Positions 10,908-17,105 of a DNA stretch of 28,145 bases are shown one piece after another (positions within the stretch are counted from its first letter, which is position 1; each line of letters begins with the position of its first letter). The position numbers and the translations under genes are program-made. The notes under the pieces are model-generated. The model was not told where the DNA came from. It was given only the letters and a program-made list of their open reading frames with translations, and ran no database searches. Origin of the DNA: Pseudomonadota bacterium (GTDB lineage: Bacteria; Pseudomonadota; Alphaproteobacteria; Acetobacterales; Acetobacteraceae); NCBI GenBank assembly GCA_021798375.1, contig JAJZHU010000001.1, positions 1 to 28,145 on the forward strand. The letters run 5' to 3'.

Positions 10908-12095
10908 TTAGGCCGTGATGCTGGCAACCACGCCGGCGCCGACCGTGCGGCCACCTTCGCGGATAGCAAAACGCAAACCTTCGTCCATGGCGATCGGGTT
11001 GATCAGCTCAACATCGACCGACACGTTGTCGCCAGGCATAACCATTTCCACATTTTCCGGCAGCGTGACGATGCCCGTCACGTCGGTGGTGCGGAAGTAG
11101 AATTGCGGACGATAGTTGGTGAAGAACGGGGTGTGACGACCGCCTTCTTCCTTCGTCAAGATATAGGCTTCGGCCTTGAACTTGGTGTGCGGGGTGATCG
11201 AACCCGGCTTTGCCAAAACCTGGCCGCGTTCCACGTCCTCACGCTTTGTGCCGCGCAGCAGGGCGCCGATGTTGTCGCCGGCTTGCCCTTGGTCGAGCAG
11301 CTTGCGGAACATTTCAACGCCGGTCACGATGGTCTTCACGGTCGGACGGATGCCGACGATTTCGACTTCTTCGCCAACCTTCACAACGCCGCGTTCCACA
11401 CGACCGGTCACCACGGTGCCGCGGCCCGAGATCGAGAACACGTCTTCGATCGGCATCAGGAACGGACGATCGATCGGACGATCCGGCTGCGGGATATATT
11501 CGTCCACAGCCTTCATCAGCGCAATGATCGCGTCGTGGCCGATTTCCGGGGTCTTGTTTTCCAGCGCCGCAACAGCCGAACCCTTGATGATGGGGATATC
11601 ATCGCCGGGGAAGCCATAGGAGGTCAGCAATTCGCGCAGCTCAAGCTCGACCAGTTCGACCAGCTCGGGGTCGGCCAGATCCATCTTGTTCAGGAACACG
11701 ACCAGAGCAGGCACGCCGACCTGGCGTGCGAGCAGGATGTGTTCGCGGGTTTGCGGCATCGGGCCATCGGCGGCCGAGCAAACCAGAATCGCGCCGTCCA
11801 TCTGCGCCGCGCCGGTGATCATGTTCTTCACATAATCGGCGTGGCCAGGGCAATCGACGTGCGCATAGTGGCGGTTCTTGGTTTCATATTCGACGTGAGC
11901 CGTCGAAATCGTGATCCCGCGAGCCCGTTCTTCCGGCGCTTTGTCGATTTGGTCGTATGCGGTGAATGTGGCGCCGCCGGATTCGGCCAGCACCTTGGTG
12001 ATCGCCGCCGTCAACGAGGTCTTGCCATGGTCAACGTGACCAATGGTGCCGATGTTGCAGTGCGGTTTGTTGCGTTCGAACTTAGACTTGGCCAT
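10908..12095 (-). CDS. tuf: Elongation factor Tu (395 aa)
   Basis: [51 protein letters not shown]. Confidence 0.99.
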   Translation of the reverse strand: MAKSKFERNKPHCNIGTIGHVDHGKTSLTAAITKVLAESGGATFTAYDQIDKAPEERARGITISTAHVEYETKNRHYAHVDCPGHADYVKNMITGAAQMDGAILVCSAADGPMPQTREHILLARQVGVPALVVFLNKMDLADPELVELVELELRELLTSYGFPGDDIPIIKGSAVAALENKTPEIGHDAIIALMKAVDEYIPQPDRPIDRPFLMPIEDVFSISGRGTVVTGRVERGVVKVGEEVEIVGIRPTVKTIVTGVEMFRKLLDQGQAGDNIGALLRGTKREDVERGQVLAKPGSITPHTKFKAEAYILTKEEGGRHTPFFTNYRPQFYFRTTDVTGIVTLPENVEMVMPGDNVSVDVELINPIAMDEGLRFAIREGGRTVGAGVVASITA

Positions 12096-12146
12096 CGTCG
12101 TCTCTCCGTCGCCCTGGAATAGAGGGTGGGGGTGGGTTTAAATGGG

Positions 12147-12623
12147 TTACCAGCGATAATGGCTGAAGGCTTTGTTTGCCTCGGCCATCCGATGAGTGTC
12201 CTCGCGCTTCTTCACCGCCGCACCACGGTTATTCACCGCGTCCATCAGCTCGTTCGAGAGGCGATCTTCCATCGTGTGTTCGCCGCGCTTGCGCGAGGCG
12301 TCGATGATCCAACGAATCGCCAAAGCCTGGCGGCGATCCGTGCGGACTTCGACCGGAACCTGGTAGGTCGCACCGCCAACACGGCGGCTGCGCACTTCCA
12401 CGGCCGGCTTAACATTGTCCAGCGCCTCATGGAACATGCGCACCGGATCAGCCGCACTGCCGCCGCGCTTTTTCAGCACTTCCAGGGCACCGTAAACGAT
12501 GCCTTCGGCAGCAGACTTCTTACCATCATACATCAGCGCGTTCATAAAACGAGTGATGACGATATCGCCGAACTTGGCGTCCGGCAGGATTTCGCGCTTT
12601 TCCGCGCGGTGACGACGGCTCAT
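12147..12623 (-). CDS. rpsG: 30S ribosomal protein S7
   Basis: [10 protein letters not shown]...[15 protein letters not shown]...[23 protein letters not shown]. Confidence 0.99.
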   Translation of the reverse strand: MSRRHRAEKREILPDAKFGDIVITRFMNALMYDGKKSAAEGIVYGALEVLKKRGGSAADPVRMFHEALDNVKPAVEVRSRRVGGATYQVPVEVRTDRRQALAIRWIIDASRKRGEHTMEDRLSNELMDAVNNRGAAVKKREDTHRMAEANKAFSHYRW

Positions 12624-12637
12624 ATGTCCCGTCTCCC

Positions 12638-13009
12638 TTACTTCGGCCGCTTGGCGCCGTAAAGCGAACGACGCTTACGGCGTTTCGGAAGGCCCTGTGT
12701 ATCAAGCACGCCGCGCAGAATGTGATAACGAACGCCCGGCAAATCCTTCACGCGGCCGCCACGGATCAGCACAACACTGTGTTCCTGGAGGTTGTGACCC
12801 TCGCCGGGGATGTAGCTCACCACTTCGAAGCCATTGGTCAAACGAACCTTGGCCACCTTGCGCAGCGCCGAGTTCGGCTTCTTCGGAGTGGTGGTATAGA
12901 CGCGCGTGCAAACGCCACGCTTTTGCGGGCAGCCTTGCAGAGCAGGCACCTTGTTGCGCGCCTTGCGGGGTTCGCGCCCCTGGGCAATCAGCTGGTTAAT
13001 GGTCGGCAT
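12638..13009 (-). CDS. rpsL: 30S ribosomal protein S12
   Basis: Start reassigned to MPTINQL (13009); [23 protein letters not shown]. Confidence 0.99.
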   Translation of the reverse strand: MPTINQLIAQGREPRKARNKVPALQGCPQKRGVCTRVYTTTPKKPNSALRKVAKVRLTNGFEVVSYIPGEGHNLQEHSVVLIRGGRVKDLPGVRYHILRGVLDTQGLPKRRKRRSLYGAKRPK

Positions 13010-13225
13010 AGACCTCGTTCCGATCCGTGAGCTAGCAGTCAGTGAGTTGGCCTTAGCAACCTTTGCACGCTTGGCTATCCCACAGACAATTCCCGCACCG
13101 GATGTTTCCATCCTGCGGGTCATTCCGGCATCCGGCCTAAGGTCGCCCAATTCAAAGAGCAACGGTGCCGCACACGTCGTGCCTGCGAAGACAACCAACC
13201 GCCACAAAAGTGGGGTCGGCCGAGG
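13010..13225 (-). promoter_or_regulatory. Long (about 215 nt) structured 5' leader of rpsL
   Basis: Lies between the predicted promoter and ATG; contains the GAAA-capped hairpin CCCGCA-GGATG-GAAA-CATCC-GG-TGCGGG (13092-13119). Confidence 0.55.
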
Positions 13226-13231
13226 GGGCGG

Positions 13232-13260
13232 AACCTAGGGGGGGAATGAAGTCGAGTCAA
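13232..13260 (-). promoter_or_regulatory. Sigma70 promoter of the str-S10-spc transcript
   Basis: TTGACT (13260-13255), 17 nt, TAGGTT (13237-13232) on the minus strand. Confidence 0.7.
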
Positions 13261-13599
13261 GCACTGATAAAGCGGGCAGCCAGATAAAAATGTCAGGGGC
13301 GGCATATGAAAGATCCGGGCGGTTATGAAGTTCGCCGATTCGCGGGCGACACACAGAGGTCGATCCAGATGCTTGCGCGATCTAATTGATAAGGTTGCAT
13401 AAAATACGGTGCCGTGGCCGACCCGGCGGCATGGGGTGGCGGCTTATGGGGCTGGGGGGCGGATTCGCGGACGCTTGGAATAAGGCGGGCCGCCACCGCA
13501 TCACTTACTATCTTAATATGCAACATCCCGCTTACGCGGCTTCTTGGTTGCCTTCGCGTGAGCCCGCCAGCGCGAGCAGACGAATAATAGCACGCCACC

Positions 13600-13628
13600 T
13601 TGACATTATATAACGATATGCTATTTAT
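13600..13628 (+). promoter_or_regulatory. Sigma70 promoter of the TA operon, with a candidate operator palindrome
   Basis: Perfect TTGACA (13600-13605), AT-rich -10 region GCTATTTAT (13620-13628), TTATATAA palindrome (13606-13613) in the spacer. Confidence 0.6.
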
Positions 13629-13635
13629 CGCCCTG

Positions 13636-13884
13636 ATGAAAACGGTCACTCTTACCGCCGAAGCAATCAAGGCCCTGAAACGCCACACCAACATGGCCGC
13701 GCGCATCATCAAGGCCATGAACGAATACGCAACTGGCGAGGGCGCCCACGCCAACCGTGTGACGGCCCTCAAAGGCTCCTCTGCCTTGCGCCTGCGGGTG
13801 GGGGATTACCGGGTGATCTTCGAGGAAACCGACACAAACATCACCGTCACCGATCTCGGCCCCCGCGGCGATATTTACGACTGA
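13636..13884 (+). CDS. Type II TA toxin, RelE/ParE superfamily (RelE/HigB-like, 82 aa)
   Basis: MKTVTLTAEAIKALKR...LRLRVGDYRVIF...GPRGDIYD carries the RelE-type RxRVGDYR and C-terminal RxxxY motifs. ATG 13636 preferred because the track's TTG start coincides with the -35 box. Confidence 0.9.
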   Translation: MKTVTLTAEAIKALKRHTNMAARIIKAMNEYATGEGAHANRVTALKGSSALRLRVGDYRVIFEETDTNITVTDLGPRGDIYD

Positions 13885-13895
13885 GAGAGAAAACC

Positions 13896-14252
13896 ATGAC
13901 TATTCAAACTTTTACCACCCCATCCGGCGATAAGATGGTGGTGCTGCCCCAGGCCGAATACCAAGATTTGATCGACGCATATAATCACGCGATCGCCATG
14001 CGCGATATCGCCGCCGGCAATCTCGAAACCCTCACCACCGAAGAGGCCCTCGCCTACGTGGCCGAAACCTCGCCATTGCGCTTCTGGCGTCACAAGCGCG
14101 GCCTGTCCCAAGCGGCACTGGCCTCGCAGGTGGGCATTTCCCAGGCCTATCTGGCGCAAATCGAGACCGGCGTGCGGGCCGGCGACGTACCACTGTGCGC
14201 CAAACTCGCCAAAACGCTGCGGATCCGCATGGAAGACCTGGTGATAGATTAA
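13896..14252 (+). CDS. XRE-family HTH protein, probable cognate antitoxin (HigA-like, 118 aa)
   Basis: C-terminal LRFWRHKRGLSQAALASQVGISQAYLAQIETG is an HTH_3 signature; N-terminal TPSG..VVLP.AEY..L; 11 nt after the toxin with a GAGAG SD. Confidence 0.88.
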   Translation: MTIQTFTTPSGDKMVVLPQAEYQDLIDAYNHAIAMRDIAAGNLETLTTEEALAYVAETSPLRFWRHKRGLSQAALASQVGISQAYLAQIETGVRAGDVPLCAKLAKTLRIRMEDLVID

Positions 14253-14343
14253 TCGCGCCGCCACCCCCTCCGCTCGATTCGCAAAAACTTTCCCTTCTTG
14301 GGGACGAATCGGAAGATTCTTCCTCCCCACCCGGTCTTGCCTC

Positions 14344-14372
14344 TGGACTCTGCTTGCAATCCCGCCTATACG
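14344..14372 (+). promoter_or_regulatory. Sigma70 promoter of rplK-rplA
   Basis: TGGACT, 17 nt, TATACG (context GCCTATAC, like the alphaproteobacterial GCTANAWC -10). Confidence 0.55.
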
Positions 14373-14389
14373 CCCCGGCTCAATCGGAA

Positions 14390-14456
14390 CGCGGGAGATT
14401 TATCTCTCGGCCTTCGCATGTGGCGAAGGTTGCTGGAGCAAATCATTTGCACCGCG
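14390..14456 (+). promoter_or_regulatory. Putative L1-binding autoregulatory leader of rplK
   Basis: CGCGGGAG...GCACCGCG closing helix with the GGAG bulge typical of L1 sites; internal hairpin CCTTCGC-ATGTG-GCGAAGG (14411-14429). Confidence 0.6.
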
Positions 14457-14483
14457 GTCCCTAGGTCAACAGGAGCCTGGGAT

Positions 14484-14918
14484 ATGGCGAAGAAGATCGT
14501 CGGCTATATCAAGCTACAAATTCCGGCGGGCAAGGCGAATCCTTCGCCGCCGGTCGGCCCCGCGCTGGGTCAACGCGGCTTGAACATTATGGCCTTCTGC
14601 AAAGAATTCAATGCGCTGACCGCGAACATGGAACCCGGCATGCCGGTTCCCATCGTGATCACCGCGTTTGGTGACCGCACTTTCACCTTCATCACCAAGA
14701 CGCCGCCGAACAGCTACTTCCTCAAGAAGGCTGCCGGCATCACCCAGGGATCGACCACCCCGGGCAAGGGCGCGATCGTGGGCAAGGTGACAGTGACACA
14801 GCTGCGCGAGATCGCGGCGACCAAGATGAAAAATATGAATGCCAACGATGTGGACGCGGCCGTGAGCATGCTCAAGGGTTCCGCGCGCTCGATGGGCATG
14901 ACCGTGGTGGAGGGCTGA
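14484..14918 (+). CDS. rplK: 50S ribosomal protein L11
   Basis: Start reassigned to [44 protein letters not shown] (14484); AGGAG SD. Confidence 0.99.
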   Translation: MAKKIVGYIKLQIPAGKANPSPPVGPALGQRGLNIMAFCKEFNALTANMEPGMPVPIVITAFGDRTFTFITKTPPNSYFLKKAAGITQGSTTPGKGAIVGKVTVTQLREIAATKMKNMNANDVDAAVSMLKGSARSMGMTVVEG

Positions 14919-14920
14919 TC

Positions 14921-15613
14921 ATGGCGCACAACAAGCGGCTTGCGGCAGCCTATGCCTCGTTCGACAAAAATAAGGTCTATGCGCTGGCCGAAGCCTTGAC
15001 CCTGGTGAAGGGCAATGCCCGCGCCAAGTTCGATGAAACCGTCGAAATCTCGATGAATTTGGGCATCGACCCGCGTCACGCCGACCAGATGGTCCGTGGC
15101 CTGGTGAGCCTGCCGAACGGCACCGGCAAGACCGTGCGCGTGGGCGTGTTCGCCCGTGGCGCCAAAGCCGACGAAGCCCGTGCCGCCGGCGCGGACGTGG
15201 TTGGCGCCGAAGAACTGGCCGAGGCGATTCAAGGCGGGCAGATCGAGTTCGATCGCTGCATCGCGACCCCGGACATGATGGCCTTGGTCGGTCGTTTGGG
15301 TAAGATCCTCGGTCCGCGCGGCCTGATGCCGAACCCGAAACTGGGCACCGTGACGATGGATGTTAAGGGCGCCGTTACGGCGGCCAAATCCGGTCAGGTT
15401 GAATTCCGCGCCGAAAAGGCCGGGGTGATCCACGCCGGCGTGGGCAAGGCGAGCTTTGGCGACGATGCGCTGTTGGAAAACATCCGCTCCTTTGTCGACG
15501 CCATCCAAAAGGCCAAGCCGACCGGCGCCAAGGGCACCTACGTTCAAAAAGTGTCGCTTGGTTCCTCGATGGGACCTGGTGTGCGCGTGGACGTAAGCTC
15601 GCTCGCCGGCTAA
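14921..15613 (+). CDS. rplA: 50S ribosomal protein L1
   Basis: [32 protein letters not shown]...[16 protein letters not shown]. Confidence 0.99.
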   Translation: MAHNKRLAAAYASFDKNKVYALAEALTLVKGNARAKFDETVEISMNLGIDPRHADQMVRGLVSLPNGTGKTVRVGVFARGAKADEARAAGADVVGAEELAEAIQGGQIEFDRCIATPDMMALVGRLGKILGPRGLMPNPKLGTVTMDVKGAVTAAKSGQVEFRAEKAGVIHAGVGKASFGDDALLENIRSFVDAIQKAKPTGAKGTYVQKVSLGSSMGPGVRVDVSSLAG

Positions 15614-15620
15614 CAGAATT

Positions 15621-15644
15621 CTTGCGCGGGTTTTCCCGCGCAAG
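15621..15644 (+). other. Perfect 10-bp hairpin after rplA, no U-tract (pause, processing or stability element)
   Basis: CTTGCGCGGG-TTTT-CCCGCGCAAG. Confidence 0.6.
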
Positions 15645-15672
15645 GGCAGGGGATCGCGTGCGACCCCCGATA

Positions 15673-15753
15673 CCTGTCCGAGACCGCTCGCAGCCGCGCA
15701 CTTGTTCGCAAGTCCGGCTTTAATGGAGGCAACTCCGCGCGCGAAAGACGGGA
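15673..15753 (+). promoter_or_regulatory. L10 leader (rplJ autoregulatory RNA)
   Basis: CCTGTCCGAGAC...TTAAT...AAGACGGG motif pattern with a GGAG-GCAA-CTCC GNRA hairpin, in the rplA-rplJ spacer. Confidence 0.75.
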
Positions 15754-15910
15754 AAGCCGGGCAATCCTTTTCTTGGGATTGGTTTTCGGTGGTTCCGGCT
15801 GATGGACAGGCGAACCGGGATCGAGGCGTTCGCACCAAGGTGGGACGGCTTGATCTCATGGGCAACCCGGCCGAATGCGTTCTGCGCATTTGGTCAATAG
15901 GAGACGGTAA

Positions 15911-16429
15911 GTGGACCGCACGGAAAAGCGAGAATTCGTTGCCTCGCTCGCCCAGGTGTTCGCGAGTACGTCCATGGTTGTCGTCAGCCGCAATGATGGC
16001 ATGACGGTCGATCAGGTGACGAAACTTCGCGTTCAAATGCGCGCAGCAGGTGCGACTTTCAAGGTCGCTAAAAACCGGCTGGCCCTCATCGCCCTGGATG
16101 GGACCCGATTCGAAGGCATCAAGCCCCTGCTGAAGGGACCGACCGCGCTTGCGTGGGCGGCCGACCCTGTGGTGGTGGCCAAGGTTGCCGTCGAGTTCGC
16201 CAAGACTTGCGACAAGTTTGTTGTGCTCGGTGGAGCGCTTGGAACTCAGACACTCACTGTGGATGGGATCAAGGCACTCGCAGCACTGCCGTCGCTCAAT
16301 ACGCTGCGTGCTGGCTTTGTGGGGCTGCTTCAAACCCCCGCAACCAGAATCGCGGGTGTGTTGGCGGCGCCGGCAGGACAACTTGCGCGCGTCTTAGGGG
16401 CCTACGCCAACAAGGACGAGGCGGCCTGA
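15911..16429 (+). CDS. rplJ: 50S ribosomal protein L10 (GTG start)
   Basis: [13 protein letters not shown]...FKVAKNRLA...GPTALAW...ALAALPSL; AGGAG SD. Confidence 0.98.
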   Translation: MDRTEKREFVASLAQVFASTSMVVVSRNDGMTVDQVTKLRVQMRAAGATFKVAKNRLALIALDGTRFEGIKPLLKGPTALAWAADPVVVAKVAVEFAKTCDKFVVLGGALGTQTLTVDGIKALAALPSLNTLRAGFVGLLQTPATRIAGVLAAPAGQLARVLGAYANKDEAA

Positions 16430-16526
16430 CCGATTTTCGGCAGCATTGTTGAACGCAAATCACCCATTCGCCGTTGCGATGGGGGCTTGCATGGAACCGA
16501 TACGAGACTAATCTAGGAGACTACAA

Positions 16527-16901
16527 ATGTCTAAATTGCAAAAGCTGGTGGACGAACTCTCCACCTTGACCGTTTTGGAAGCCGCCGAGCTTTCAAAGAT
16601 GCTCGAAGCGCATTGGGGCGTAAGCGCCGCTGCGCCCGTGGCTGCTGCTGCCGCGGCTCCTGCCGCTGCTGCCGCACCGGTTGAAGAACAAACCGAATTC
16701 ACCGTGACTCTGACCGCCGCTGGCGAGAAGAAGATCAACGTGATCAAGGAAATCCGCACCATCACCGGCCTGGGCTTGAAAGAAGCCAAGGATCTGGTTG
16801 AAGGCGCGCCGAAGGTGGTCAAGGAAGCCGCGTCGAAAGACGAAGCCGCCAAGATCAAGAAGGTCCTCGAAGAAAACGGGGCGACCGTCGAAGTCAAGTA
16901 A
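16527..16901 (+). CDS. rplL: 50S ribosomal protein L7/L12
   Basis: [14 protein letters not shown]...EEQTEF.V.L...[24 protein letters not shown]. Confidence 0.99.
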   Translation: MSKLQKLVDELSTLTVLEAAELSKMLEAHWGVSAAAPVAAAAAAPAAAAAPVEEQTEFTVTLTAAGEKKINVIKEIRTITGLGLKEAKDLVEGAPKVVKEAASKDEAAKIKKVLEENGATVEVK

Positions 16902-17105
16902 TCCGGTCGCAGCGCTTTGTGCGCTGCGGTTCGATTGGGCTAAAGCGCGGGTGGGAGCCAGTGGTTCCTGCCTGCTGCCGCGTCACCAGAGGGTGAAAAC
17001 TCTCGCCGGCGCACGGCGTGCCTACCCTGCGGTTCGGGGGTTACGAGTGCGAACCAAGGCAAATTGCGACAAAACATATTGCGGCGATTGGGGCAGACAT
17101 TGGCA

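Noticed and set aside
1-12662. Plus-strand ORFs opposite secY and the r-protein genes (e.g. 370-1212, 7726-8844, 11103-12122)
   Set aside because: Antisense shadows of well-identified essential genes.
12638-13009. Streptomycin-resistance changes in S12, and the variant tail [12 protein letters not shown]
   Set aside because: PKKPNSA and RVKDLPG are wild type. The tail Q-to-K change is a single substitution I cannot interpret without an alignment.
12638-13207. Extended starts in the ORF track for rpsL (likewise rplK, rpoB, rplF, rpsC, rplV, rplC, rpsN, rpmC, rpmD)
   Set aside because: Conserved N-termini and SD positions support the shorter starts; the extensions run through leaders or upstream genes.
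13212-13244. G-runs over the rpsL promoter as a G-quadruplex
   Set aside because: Only three separate runs with 8-9 nt loops; explained as a C-rich promoter spacer and discriminator.
13391-13418. dif/Xer-like site (GGTTGCATAA)
   Set aside because: Only a XerC-like half; the TTATG XerD arm is missing at the required 6-nt spacing.
13386-13613. 75-aa ORF upstream of the toxin
   Set aside because: No SD, no family resemblance, and it overlaps the TA promoter.
14253-14340. Inverted repeats shared with the region after rpoC that could have mediated the inversion
   Set aside because: Only short, gapped similarities (GCAAAAA, CTTCCTC); not distinguishable from chance by eye.
14714-16381. 555-aa antisense ORF crossing rplK, rplA, the spacer and rplJ
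   Set aside because: rplA and rplJ happen to share a frame, so one shadow frame spans both; the translation looks non-protein-like.
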